A DNA stretch of 64,000 nt from contig OZ241993.1 of assembly GCA_965204575.1 (NCBI GenBank), forward strand, positions 896,001 through 960,000. The letters are read 5' to 3'. Source of the stretch: an uncultured candidatus Porisulfidus sp. (GTDB lineage Bacteria; Pseudomonadota; Gammaproteobacteria; Poriferisulfidales; Poriferisulfidaceae). This document shows, in pieces, positions 17,273-28,899 of this stretch. Below the pieces are notes generated by a model. It saw nothing but the letters and a program-made list of their open reading frames with translations, ran no database searches and was not told where the DNA came from. Within the stretch, counting starts at the first letter, position 1. Each line of letters opens with the position of its first letter. The translations under genes and the position numbers were made by a program.

Positions 17273-18604
17273 TCAGGCACCCGTGTCGATCGAGTTGGCG
17301 ATAGATTGCGCGAGGGCTTCGACCCTTCCGTGATCTTCTCCCTCCACCATGACACGCAACACCGGCTCTGTCCCGGAGGGGCGCAGGAGAACCCGACCTT
17401 GCTCGCCCAGTTCATTGCGCGCACTCTGCACGGCCGCATCCGTGGCCGGGCCGGGCGTACGGTCGCGTGGGCAACGCACATTGATCATGGTCTGTGGATA
17501 CTTCCGCAGGTCCGAACGCGCCTGGCACAGGGGCTGGCCGAGAATATGCAGCGCTTCCAGTGTCTGTAGCGCCGCAACCATCGCGTCGCCGGTGCAGGCC
17601 CGGTCGCGGCAGATGATGTGGCCGGAGGTCTCTCCGCCGAGTTGCCAGTCGCGGGCCAGCAGTAATTCCTGGACATAGCGGTCGCCGACCGCAGCCCGCT
17701 CGAACGGGATTTCCAGGGCGGCCAGTGCTTTCTCCAGGCCCAGGTTGCTCATCTGGGTGCCGGCCACGCCGCCGTTCAGGGTGCCCTGAATCTGCCGGGC
17801 GCGGGCAATGACATACAAGAGATCGTCCCCGTCCGCGATTTCGCCGTCTTCGTCGATCATGATCAGCCGGTCGCCGTCGCCGTCCACGGCTAGCCCGAGA
17901 GTGGCACGGTGTTCACGGGTTTGGGCGCGGACATATTCCGGGCAGGTCGCACCACAACCATCGTTGATGTTCGTCCCGTCAGGCTCCACGCCGACGGTAG
18001 CCACGTCTGCGCCTAGTTCCTCGAACAGTTTCGACGCAAGCTGGTAAGCGGCTCCGTGCGCGCAGTCGACCAGCAGGCACAAGCCGTCGAGGCGGAACCC
18101 CTCGGGCACGGTGCCCTTGCAGAAATCAAGGTAGCGGCGCCCGGCGTCATTGATTCGGCGGGCCTTGCCGGGCAGCGACCGGGGGTCGATGTCCATCGGC
18201 TGCTCAAGTTCCGCTTCGATGCGATGCTCGATCTCATCGGGCAGTTTGGCGCCGTCCGCGTCGAACAGCTTGATGCCGTTGTCGTAGTGCGGGTTGTGCG
18301 AGGCGCTGATGACGATGCCGGCGCAGGCATCCAGTTCCCGGGTCAGTTGGGCGATGGCGGGAGTCGGCTGGGGGCCCAGCAGCAGGACATTGACGCCGGC
18401 CGCGGATAAACCGGCCTCCAGCGCAGACTCGAACATGTAGCCGGAACGGCGGGTGTCCTTGCCGATCAGGATCTGGGGGAATTCGGACTCGCGCCCGAGT
18501 ACGCGCCCGATGGCCCAGCCCAGGCGCAGCACGAAGTCCGGCGTCATCGGGCTGACTCCAACCCGGCCCCGGATTCCGTCAGTTCCGAAATAGGTGCGGG
18601 ACAT
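17273..18604 (-). CDS. glmM: Phosphoglucosamine mutase
   Basis: YFGTDGIRG, ISASHNP, DGDGDR, RPSGTEP. Confidence 0.97.
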   Translation of the reverse strand: MSRTYFGTDGIRGRVGVSPMTPDFVLRLGWAIGRVLGRESEFPQILIGKDTRRSGYMFESALEAGLSAAGVNVLLLGPQPTPAIAQLTRELDACAGIVISASHNPHYDNGIKLFDADGAKLPDEIEHRIEAELEQPMDIDPRSLPGKARRINDAGRRYLDFCKGTVPEGFRLDGLCLLVDCAHGAAYQLASKLFEELGADVATVGVEPDGTNINDGCGATCPEYVRAQTREHRATLGLAVDGDGDRLIMIDEDGEIADGDDLLYVIARARQIQGTLNGGVAGTQMSNLGLEKALAALEIPFERAAVGDRYVQELLLARDWQLGGETSGHIICRDRACTGDAMVAALQTLEALHILGQPLCQARSDLRKYPQTMINVRCPRDRTPGPATDAAVQSARNELGEQGRVLLRPSGTEPVLRVMVEGEDHGRVEALAQSIANSIDTGA

Positions 18605-18626
18605 GCGCGGTCGGCCGCGACTGGAA

Positions 18627-20552
<1,926 letters not shown>

Positions 20553-20801
20553 GCGCGCTTTTCCCGGAAACCTTGGCCTTTCAGCATACTAGGATAGCAG
20601 ATGGCGCGGGGACCGCGGGCGCATTCTGCTCCTGTAACGAGATATGGGGGAGCAGGCGGGGATTTCCAAGCCAAGACTAGGAGCGTTGCTCTCGAATGAG
20701 GTGCAACGACGATACGTGTCATTTCTAGCAACTGAAACATTATTTTCGGTACTTAACCAGTTTTGTGCATGTAATGAAAGTAAACGGAACATAGTTTGGT
20801 A

Positions 20802-21521
20802 TTACTGGGGCAGTGGTGGGGAAAAGAGATTTGAAACCGTAAAATCAGCGATCAAGTATGTCGATGCTGCAAAGATAACAAAAAGTGCCCATGCTGACAC
20901 GACTGCTAGCCGGTAAAGGTTTCTAAAGATACTTTCTCCTGTTGTACCATGTGTGAATCTATGCGCTAATCGAATCAGGAAATCAGATGCTAGGAGACTA
21001 GAAATGCCATTTGACACTGTATAGAAAAGAGGGCCAAGTGTTCCTATGGCAATTAATGTACCTAGGATGAAATAAGCTGTAGCTTGCCAAGACAAGATAA
21101 TAGCGTTTTCGTTTGTCCAGAAAAGAACTCCCCCGGCACCAAGCCAGACAAACATAACGAAGCCACCAACAAACTCTTTCCTTTTATCATCGGATTTATG
21201 GCGAATCCCATGAAGGACTTTTTGAAATTCGATAGATTGATTCTTATGGATAGCCTCAATAACACTCAATGTCTCTTCTGCCTGTTTGTTGCTAGCTTCA
21301 ATCAGAGTTTCAGAAATATTATGGAAGTGGGTCTCATGAATCGCGTCTATAGATCTGATTGCTCTGATTTGCAACATTATTATTTCGGTTTGCTTGCCAC
21401 TACTTTTGTGGAGATTTTCCATAAAGTCTTCAAGGACCTTATGAAATTGATTTTCCTGAAACGTGTTAAGAGATCGAATCGTTTCTTCGATTGAGAGTTG
21501 CTCGTTCTCGTTTTTAGTCAT
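20802..21521 (-). CDS. Hypothetical membrane protein (coiled N-terminus, about 3 TM segments)
   Basis: 239-aa ORF in an AT-rich islet with hydrophobic C-terminal helices. No recognised family. Confidence 0.6.
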   Translation of the reverse strand: MTKNENEQLSIEETIRSLNTFQENQFHKVLEDFMENLHKSSGKQTEIIMLQIRAIRSIDAIHETHFHNISETLIEASNKQAEETLSVIEAIHKNQSIEFQKVLHGIRHKSDDKRKEFVGGFVMFVWLGAGGVLFWTNENAIILSWQATAYFILGTLIAIGTLGPLFYTVSNGISSLLASDFLIRLAHRFTHGTTGESIFRNLYRLAVVSAWALFVIFAASTYLIADFTVSNLFSPPLPQ

Positions 21522-22362
21522 TAGTTTTTTTGGGCTTTTAGGCGCGTGTGCAGGTTACGGCGCAGAATTGGGCTAATTATGAAGCCCGTTATTCTAACGT
21601 TTGCGATTCTGATCGGTGTGCTTTGGGTATCCCGGTAGGGCGCGTGACCGAGATTTGCGCAGACTAACTATGGCTACCCTCCCTCTACAAAATTATCCCG
21701 GACTGGGACTGGGAGGATCGCACCCTATTCCATATTCCATGGCGACAACCCGAAATTCCTGCGGGCGATTAACAGCAATTCTGATCGCCACCGGCCCGCC
21801 TTTCAAGAAAGGCAAAGATTTTCACGCCACGCCGACTAACCTGACATCCGACTCCAAGTTTCAGAATCAGTGGTTACGCTTAATGGTGGCGGGGTAGATA
21901 AGCAAGTTGTCCAGGTTCTTGGCAGGTCTGCGTGGATAATATCTATTCTGCAAATGTCTTTCGTGCATACTGCGCCTTGGTCTTTGCCACTTATAGTGAA
22001 AATTCACTAACCATTTCCTCTTGAAAATGACTCTTTGGGAAACTTTTCTATGGTGGTTTATCTTGCCAGTTGGATGGCTGACGATAGCAGTGTTCCATTT
22101 GTCTGGCCAACGCTCTTTTTTGAAAATGCGTACATTGCATATTGGGCTTGGTCGATTTGGCTTACGATTGCTCTTGGAGATTTCACATCCGCCTTCCTTA
22201 TCCGCCTTCCTTATGTATACTTATACCCACAATATGAAGGAAGGGGAAAATCTATTATTGGGTGACAGCAGCAGTTTATTTCTGACGGCAGTCGGTGCAA
22301 TAATGGAAGAACTGGCAATTCAGAAAATAAAGCTCACATTTAGTTTGAAAGGGTTGTTGCTG

Positions 22363-22638
22363 ATGAATAACCATATCAGAATAGTTGCGCTCTACCTGTT
22401 GGTTCTTGCTGGCCATCCTGCCTTTGCGGATGATGCTGAAGAAAAGAGAGATGCGTTCTATGAGAGACTTTCATATGACAGGCAGGCGATGTGCCATTTG
22501 ATGGCAAAGGAGATACATTGGAGGTACTCGACTCCTAACGCGAAAAGTCTTTTGGTCTATGACAAATTAGCTCCGGCATTCTGCAAATGGTGCAAGGACT
22601 TGGACAAGGATCACTATCGGGCGGTCTGCCCAAAATAA
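22363..22638 (+). CDS. Small putatively secreted hypothetical protein (the reading frame is open from 22021)
   Basis: MNNHIRIVALYLLVLAGHPAFA resembles a signal peptide with an AFA cleavage site. Four Cys. Start uncertain. Confidence 0.45.
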   Translation: MNNHIRIVALYLLVLAGHPAFADDAEEKRDAFYERLSYDRQAMCHLMAKEIHWRYSTPNAKSLLVYDKLAPAFCKWCKDLDKDHYRAVCPK

Positions 22639-22670
22639 CGGCCAAATTTCGGTTGTAGTAGACTGAAAAG

Positions 22671-22904
22671 ATGAAAATCATGCTTAATGGCTATTTCTGG
22701 TCCCATAAGAAGGCCGGGGAGAATGAAGGGGCATGGTCGTGTGACGAATTGCCTCGTATATCAATAGTGAGTTACAAGGAGGGAAATAGTTTCAATCTTT
22801 ATATTGATGGAACGATTTTTCTGGGGTGTTTTAGTGCCTTGAGTGGGGCAACAGCAGAAGCGGTGAATATCAACAATAATTTGAGTGGACAATTTGCCGA
22901 ATAG
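22671..22904 (+). CDS. Hypothetical protein
   Basis: 77-aa ATG ORF following the previous one. No recognised motif. Confidence 0.35.
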   Translation: MKIMLNGYFWSHKKAGENEGAWSCDELPRISIVSYKEGNSFNLYIDGTIFLGCFSALSGATAEAVNINNNLSGQFAE

Positions 22905-23202
22905 GTGCTGGCTGCCCGCAATACCCAAGCATCAGCGAAATCCGTTATCCAGCGAAGCGATATTGTGCAAAGTCTCAATAGCACGTCTGGTTTGCTCTTA
23001 TCATCCTCCGATGATTAATGCTTGGATGTTAGGGCCGTTTCTCTTCATAGAGGAGCCTCTTATCATTACCATTCCCGCGACAGTTTTCAGCATCATCGGT
23101 TCCACCTCCGGTGCGCTCGTAGTGATGCGCAGTCTTAGGGTCGGCGACTTATCCGGGAGGCTTTGATATTTGTGCGACTGCCGGGGCGCATCAATGGTTC
23201 GG

Positions 23203-23931
23203 ATGATGAAGTCGCACACCCTGTTCGTCTCCGACCTGCATCTGGACGCCAGTCGTCCGGCCCAGATGCAGGAATTCGTGCGTTTTCTGAAGAACGAGGC
23301 CCATCAGGCGCAGGCTCTGTACATCCTGGGCGACCTGTTCGAGTTCTGGATCGGCGACGATGATCCCGCCGAAGGGCTGGACGAGGTGATCGATGCGCTT
23401 CAGGGGCTGACTGCGCAGGGTGTTTCCGTGAAATTCCTGCACGGCAACCGGGATTTCCTCTTGGGGGCCGATTTTGCCCGCCGGACCGGGATCGAGATCC
23501 TTCCGGCCCGTCAGGTGGTCGACCTGCATGGCATCCCCACCTTGATCGAACATGGTGACCTGCTGTGCACGGATGACGTGGCCTACCAGCGCTACCGCCG
23601 GCGCATCCGCCATCCGGTCACGATGGCGCTGCTCGGAAACCTGCCCCGCTCATGGAGGCTGAGAATGGGTCAGCGCCTGCGCCGGATCAGCACCCAGGCG
23701 ATCGCGGGGAAATCCCCGGACATCATGGACGTAAACGAGGAGGCGGTCCGCCAGGTGATGCGCTCGGAAGGGGTATACACGATGGTGCATGGGCATACGC
23801 ACCGCCCGGCCATTCACGAATTCAAGGTGGACGAAGTGGAGGCCGTGCGGGCCGTGCTTGGGGACTGGTACGAACAGGGCAGCTGGCTGGTGGCCGATGC
23901 CGACGGCCTGCACCCGCAGTCGGCAACTTGA
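23203..23931 (+). CDS. lpxH: UDP-2,3-diacylglucosamine hydrolase
   Basis: FVSDLHL, LGDLFEFWIGDD, HGNRDFL, HGDLLCTDD, HGHTHRP, LGDW. Confidence 0.95.
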   Translation: MMKSHTLFVSDLHLDASRPAQMQEFVRFLKNEAHQAQALYILGDLFEFWIGDDDPAEGLDEVIDALQGLTAQGVSVKFLHGNRDFLLGADFARRTGIEILPARQVVDLHGIPTLIEHGDLLCTDDVAYQRYRRRIRHPVTMALLGNLPRSWRLRMGQRLRRISTQAIAGKSPDIMDVNEEAVRQVMRSEGVYTMVHGHTHRPAIHEFKVDEVEAVRAVLGDWYEQGSWLVADADGLHPQSAT

Positions 23932-23950
23932 ATGGACGGGTTCGGCCGGG

Positions 23951-25186
23951 TCAGGTCACGGCACCTTTGAGCGCCAGCACCACGTCCATGACGTTGGTGC
24001 CGGTCGGCCCGGTGGTGACCAGCGCGTTTACGGCATCCAGATAGCTTCCGGCATCGGCGCGCGCCAATGCCTGTTCGGCATCCAGCCCTGATTCCTGACC
24101 GTGCAGCACGGTCCCGCCGTCAACTTCTCCACCGGCATCTTCGGTCGGACCGTCCGTGCCGTCCGTGCCGCAGGCGAGCAGCCGGATACCCCTGATGCCT
24201 TCCAGCGCTGTGGCTGCCGCCAGGGCAAGGTGCTGATTGCGTCCGCCCCGCCCCGGGTTCTCGGGTAGCCGGACGGTGGTTTCGCCGCCCCAGATGTGCA
24301 CGCCTGGAGGCGTGTCCATCTGCTTTAAGTACTCCCCCAGCGCCATTCCCGTCTTCCCGGCTTCATCTTCCAGGAATTCCGGATGCCGGTGCACCGGGAA
24401 TCCAAGTTCTTCCGCCCGGCATGCTGCCGCTTCCTTGGCGTCTTCCAGCGTGGCGATGATGTGAGTCTGCAGGTGCTGGAAGGCTTCGGGCGGCGGAACC
24501 GGCATGCGCTCGGCCTTCTCGATCAGCTGGCGAGTCCCGGCGGACAGGGTCTCGGGCAGGACTTCATCGCGTACTGCGGTCAGCGGGCCGGACCCGATCA
24601 CGGCCGGGTCGTCCCCGGGCACGTCCGAAATCATCAACGCACAGGCGGGGCGTCCATCGAGATAGTGCGCGAGTCGCCCGCCCTTGATGCAGGAGATGGA
24701 ACGACGCACGGCGTTCATCTCGGTGATGGCCAGCCCCTCGGCCAGCAGCCGCTCGGTCAGTTCGCTCAGTCCTTGCAGGTCTAGGTTGGGCGCCAACACC
24801 TCGATCAGGCTGGAGGCGCCGCCTGAAATCAGCGCAAGGAAGCGGGCATCGGCGGGGGCTTCGCCCAGGAACTCCACCAGTCGCTGGCCGGCCCGGAGGC
24901 TGGCTTCTCCCGGCACCGGGTGGTCGGACTCGACGCATTCGACCTGTGAAAAGCCGCCCAGTTCGTCGTCCAGGTGTCCGTGCTTGGTGATCACCAGCCC
25001 GCGCCGGGGTGCCGGCCGTGCGCGCAGTGCACCGAGAGCCATCGCCGACGCCGCCTTTCCGAACGCGATCACGTAGTCGTACTCGACTTCCGGATGGCGA
25101 TCCAGCCATTGGGCCACGGCTTCCGTGCCGCGCACCCGGGCCAGGGAGGCTTCCAGAATGTCCTGAAGCAGTGAATCAGCGCTCAT
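23951..25186 (-). CDS. Glycerate kinase, MOFRL family
   Basis: GKAA, DHPVPG, LISGGASSL, GGETTV, GRGGRNQ, TDGTDGPT, TGTNVMD. Confidence 0.92.
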   Translation of the reverse strand: MSADSLLQDILEASLARVRGTEAVAQWLDRHPEVEYDYVIAFGKAASAMALGALRARPAPRRGLVITKHGHLDDELGGFSQVECVESDHPVPGEASLRAGQRLVEFLGEAPADARFLALISGGASSLIEVLAPNLDLQGLSELTERLLAEGLAITEMNAVRRSISCIKGGRLAHYLDGRPACALMISDVPGDDPAVIGSGPLTAVRDEVLPETLSAGTRQLIEKAERMPVPPPEAFQHLQTHIIATLEDAKEAAACRAEELGFPVHRHPEFLEDEAGKTGMALGEYLKQMDTPPGVHIWGGETTVRLPENPGRGGRNQHLALAAATALEGIRGIRLLACGTDGTDGPTEDAGGEVDGGTVLHGQESGLDAEQALARADAGSYLDAVNALVTTGPTGTNVMDVVLALKGAVT

Positions 25187-25755
25187 GGCAGGATCAGCAC
25201 CAGCGTGTCGACGGACACCCGGTCGAACAATTCAATCACATCGGCGCCGCGCATGCGGATGCAGCCGATCGAGGCGGCCTGGCCGATCAGCCCTTCTTCG
25301 TGGGTTCCGTGGATGTAGATGTAGCGTTGGTAGGAGTCCACGTCGCCGTCCTTGTTGACGCCGGGTTCGAGCCCGTCCAGCCACAGGATGCGCGTCGTGA
25401 TGCATTCGCGGCCGGTGGTCCGCGGTTCCGTCTCGATCTCGGCCGCTTCCGACTGGGCGACCCGGCCCTTGAAGACCGTATGCAAGGCGGCATCGTTGCC
25501 GATGCATTCCGCAATCCGGTGCGCACCGGTCGGGGTCTTCATGCTGTCGTCCTGCCCGCCGATGCCGTAGCGGGAGGTCGAGACGGGCCAGGAACGGAGC
25601 ACTTGATCCTCCTCGAGCAGGTGCAGGGCCTGTTCACGGATGCTGACCAGGCACATCGGGCGGGACTGGCATTGCGGGAAGCGTTGGCGCGCCTCCGCCG
25701 CCCGTGCCAGGTCTTCGGCCGCGGGATCGGCCACAGGAGGCAGGGCAGGGCACAT
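25183..25755 (-). CDS. L,D-transpeptidase (YkuD family)
   Basis: KTPTGAH, RYIYIHGT, ASIGCIRM. Confidence 0.9.
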   Translation of the reverse strand: MCPALPPVADPAAEDLARAAEARQRFPQCQSRPMCLVSIREQALHLLEEDQVLRSWPVSTSRYGIGGQDDSMKTPTGAHRIAECIGNDAALHTVFKGRVAQSEAAEIETEPRTTGRECITTRILWLDGLEPGVNKDGDVDSYQRYIYIHGTHEEGLIGQAASIGCIRMRGADVIELFDRVSVDTLVLILP

Positions 25756-25758
25756 GGC

Positions 25759-27255
25759 CTAGGCTGCCCGATTTTGAGGGCTGGGGTCTCGGGTGTCGGT
25801 CCCGGAACGCCGGCGCAAGGCCAGTTCGTCCAGGTAGCCGTCCGGTACGCCGGTCACGTAATCCCCGGTAAACACGGAGCAGTCGAAATTCTGGAGTTCG
25901 GGATTTCCGTCCTGGACCGCGGCGATCAGGTCCGGCAGGTCCTGGTAGATCAGGCGGTCGGCGCCGATGGCCTCGCACACTTCGGGAATATCGCGCCCGT
26001 GCGCGATCAGCTCCTCGGCGCTCGGCATGTCGATGCCGTAGACGTTGGGGTAGCGGATCGGCGGCGAGGCGGAGCAGAAATAGACCTTTTTGGCCCCGGC
26101 GTCCCGCGCCATCTGCACGATTTCGCGCGATGTGGTGCCACGCACGATCGAATCGTCGACCAGCAGGACGTTGGTGCCTTCGTATTCGTTGCGGATCGGG
26201 TTGAGCTTGCGCCGCACGGACTGACGGCGGACCTGCGCCTCGGGCATGATGAAGGTCCGGCCGATGTAGCGGTTCTTGATGAAGCCCTCGCGGTAGGGGC
26301 GGTTCAGCCGGTAGGCCATCTCCAGCGCCGCGGTGCGGCTGGTGTCGGGGATCGGGATGACCACGTCGATGTCGTGATCGGGCCACTCCCGCAGGATCTT
26401 GTTCGCCAGGCGCTTGCCCATGCGCATCCGCGAGCGTTGCACGGAAACCCCGTTCATCACCGAATCCGGCCGGGCGAAGTAGACGTACTCGAAGATGCAG
26501 GGCGCATAGGTTTCCCGGCTTCCGCAGATTTCGCTGTGCACCGTGCCGTCCAGGCCGATGAACAGGGCCTCGCCGGGCGCGAGGTCGCGCTCCAGGGTGA
26601 AGCCCAGCATGTCCAGCGCGACGCTCTCGGAAGCGACGATATGTTCCGGTCCCCCGCCGGTGTCCCGGGTGCCGTACACCAGCGGGCGGATGCCATAGGG
26701 GTCGCGAAACGCCAGGACCCCCCAGTCGGCGACCAGGCACACCGCCGCGTACGCGCCGATGCAGCGACGGTTGACCCCCCGAACGGCCTGGAACAGTTCC
26801 TTCGGGTCGCGTGCGGTCGATTCGGGCCGGGCCAGCAGTTCGTGCGCGAGGACGTTGAGCAGGATCTCGGAGTCGGATTCCGTGTTGATGTGGCGCCGGT
26901 CTTCGCGGAACAGTTCCTGCCGCAGCGCTTCGGTGTTCACCAGGTTGCCGTTGTGCCCCAGCGCGATGCCGTAGGGAGAGTTGACGTAAAGCGGCTGCGC
27001 TTCTTCGGACTTTTCCGTCCCGGCGGTGGGGTAGCGCAGATGGCCGATGCCGGCTTCGCCGCGCAGGCGCAGCAGCCTCTTGCCGCGGAACACGTCGCGG
27101 ACCAGGCCGTTGCCCCGCAGTTGATGCAGCCGCCCCTCGCGGTCGTAGGTGGTCAGCCCCGCGGCGTCCTGGCCCCGGTGCTGCAGCACGTTCAACCCTT
27201 CATGCAGGTCCTGTGCGACGGGTCGATGGCTGACAATGCCGATCAATCCACACAT
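25759..27255 (-). CDS. purF: Amidophosphoribosyltransferase
   Basis: Starts MCGLIG (Ntn Cys). QHRGQDAAG, VDDSIVRGTT. Confidence 0.97.
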   Translation of the reverse strand: MCGLIGIVSHRPVAQDLHEGLNVLQHRGQDAAGLTTYDREGRLHQLRGNGLVRDVFRGKRLLRLRGEAGIGHLRYPTAGTEKSEEAQPLYVNSPYGIALGHNGNLVNTEALRQELFREDRRHINTESDSEILLNVLAHELLARPESTARDPKELFQAVRGVNRRCIGAYAAVCLVADWGVLAFRDPYGIRPLVYGTRDTGGGPEHIVASESVALDMLGFTLERDLAPGEALFIGLDGTVHSEICGSRETYAPCIFEYVYFARPDSVMNGVSVQRSRMRMGKRLANKILREWPDHDIDVVIPIPDTSRTAALEMAYRLNRPYREGFIKNRYIGRTFIMPEAQVRRQSVRRKLNPIRNEYEGTNVLLVDDSIVRGTTSREIVQMARDAGAKKVYFCSASPPIRYPNVYGIDMPSAEELIAHGRDIPEVCEAIGADRLIYQDLPDLIAAVQDGNPELQNFDCSVFTGDYVTGVPDGYLDELALRRRSGTDTRDPSPQNRAA

Positions 27256-27260
27256 GGCGG

Positions 27261-27878
27261 CTACTCGGGCAGTGCCTCCGAGAGGGTCTCGGAGACCGTT
27301 TCGGAGACCGTTTCGGCCAGCGTCTCGGTAGAACCCGGGTAGTGGAACAGGTCCTGCCAGTCCTCGGGCATCCACTCGACAACCTGCTGGGCAGCCTCGA
27401 CAAAGTAGGGGATCAGCGTTGACTCTTGCCAGAACCCTGCTTCGGGAATCGCGGTGGTACCGGCGATCAGCACCAGCACCAGCACCAGCAGGCCGCCGCG
27501 CAGCAGCCCGAACAGGAACCCCATGACCCGGTCGCTGCGCTGCAGGACGCCGCTGCCCTTGTCCTTGGCCATCTGGGCGAACAGTCGGTGCAGTTGCGAC
27601 ACCACGACGAAGGTGAGGAGGAACAATACGATCCCGGCGACCGGCGCGTGAAACTCGGTGAGGCCATAGGTGCGCTCGCCCAAGGTGACCTCGTCGAATA
27701 TCTCGGGTACGAACTGCGCACCGAACTCGGCGAACTGGAAGGCCACGACGAGCCCCACCACCCAGGCCAGGATGGTGACCAGTTCCTCGGCGAAACCGCG
27801 CAGCCAGCTCAGGATGCCGGAGATCAGGATGATCAATGCGATCATCACGTCAACCAGGGTGGCGCCGAGAATGGTCAT
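27261..27878 (-). CDS. cvpA: CvpA family membrane protein
   Basis: LRGFAEE, DRVMGFLFGLLRG. Lies between dedD and purF. Confidence 0.92.
   Translation of the reverse strand: MTILGATLVDVMIALIILISGILSWLRGFAEELVTILAWVVGLVVAFQFAEFGAQFVPEIFDEVTLGERTYGLTEFHAPVAGIVLFLLTFVVVSQLHRLFAQMAKDKGSGVLQRSDRVMGFLFGLLRGGLLVLVLVLIAGTTAIPEAGFWQESTLIPYFVEAAQQVVEWMPEDWQDLFHYPGSTETLAETVSETVSETLSEALPE
27276..27329. repeat. 12-bp tandem repeat in the cvpA 3' end
   Basis: ctccgagagggt/ctcggagaccgt/ttcggagaccgt/ttcggccagcgt encodes ETLA-ETVS-ETVS-ETLS. Confidence 0.8.
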
Positions 27879-28363
27879 GGCTGCCGGACGACCCAGCCCT
27901 GGTGCACTTCGGTAAGGTTTTTCTTGGCCTTGATGCCTTTCAGCACGTGTTCAGCTTCCTGCTGGCTGGGATAGGGGCCGACCCAGATTCGCTGGTGGGT
28001 CTTGCCGTCGGGCGCGTCCTTCTCGAACAGGTTGGTGCGGTAGCCCGCCTCGCGCATGGCGTCGCGGATCTCGGTGGCCTTAGCGGCGTTCTGGAATCGG
28101 CCGACCTGGATAAACCACTTGTCCTTCGGCGCCAGAGCGGCAGCTTCTCCGGCATCCGGGCCGGGCATGGCCCGGGTCTCCGGCGCATTCATGTCGGCGG
28201 GGAACGTTTGGTGGGTGAAGACCAGTTCCTTCGGCGCGGCGACATCCTGCAGCGGCCGGACCAAGTCGGGACGCTGCGTGTCAAGCAGCATCGGGATCAC
28301 TAGAACCCCAATGAGAATGAGCAAAACGGCGCCGAGGAGCCGTTGTTTGAGTGCGAGTTCCAA
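27875..28363 (-). CDS. dedD: SPOR-domain cell division protein DedD
   Basis: LKQRLLGAVLL N-terminal TM, C-terminal SPOR domain (FIQVGRF...RIWVGPY). Confidence 0.88.
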   Translation of the reverse strand: MELALKQRLLGAVLLILIGVLVIPMLLDTQRPDLVRPLQDVAAPKELVFTHQTFPADMNAPETRAMPGPDAGEAAALAPKDKWFIQVGRFQNAAKATEIRDAMREAGYRTNLFEKDAPDGKTHQRIWVGPYPSQQEAEHVLKGIKAKKNLTEVHQGWVVRQP

Positions 28364-28533
28364 CGCCAGAAGTCGGGAGCTGTCGCGGGGAGGACATTAT
28401 AGCCTTTTAGCAGGGTTTTTGCCGGTTCTTGGGTTGTTTACAAAGATGCTTTGCATCTAAGTACTGCGCTGATGGTGTGCTCTTTAGAGCCAAGGCAGAC
28501 AAGAATTGTAGTTATGTTAATGTAGTTACATAA

Positions 28534-28587
28534 ATGACACGAGTCGTCAAGGCCCGAAAAGCATGGCCCACAAGCAAAACACCATGA
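28534..28587 (+). pseudogene. Possible remnant of BrnT toxin C-terminus
   Basis: 17-codon ORF MTRVVKARKAWPTSKTP resembles the BrnT RIISARKA motif and overlaps the antitoxin start by ATGA. Confidence 0.45.
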
Positions 28588-28865
28588 AGAAGAAAATTTC
28601 TGAAAAACTTACCAAGCAACAAAAGAGGGAGATTGCGGCCCTTGCCGAAGAAGAGATTGATACGAGCGATATCCCTGAAATTCTGGATTGGTCTGGTGCC
28701 AAGCGCGGATTGCTGTATCGGCCGGTGAAGCAGCAGATCACGCTGAGGCTGGATGCCGATGTAATTGCATGGTTTAAGGCAAATGCGCCCGGGGGACGGG
28801 GATACCAGACTGAGATAAATCGTGTCCTCCGCGAATATGCCAGACCAGCCTTCAAGCGAAAATAA
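28584..28865 (+). CDS. BrnA-family antitoxin (orphan)
   Basis: IDTSDIPE, RPVKQQITLRLDADVIAWFK..GYQTEINRVLR. Confidence 0.88.
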   Translation: MKKKISEKLTKQQKREIAALAEEEIDTSDIPEILDWSGAKRGLLYRPVKQQITLRLDADVIAWFKANAPGGRGYQTEINRVLREYARPAFKRK

Positions 28866-28899
28866 CGATCAGATTTTGATTCGTGGTGCGTCAATTTTT

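Noticed and set aside
21883-21894. ATGGTGGCGGGG resembling a reversed tRNA 3' end (possible att remnant)
   Set aside because: Too short, and no matching tRNA or second copy in the window.
25009-27342. 777-aa + strand ORF (and similar long ORFs at 15946-17244, 18594-20252, 33400-35238, 40692-42374, 52307-53932, 57909-59807)
   Set aside because: These are antisense or alternate-frame shadows of well-supported core genes in GC-rich DNA, with no motifs.
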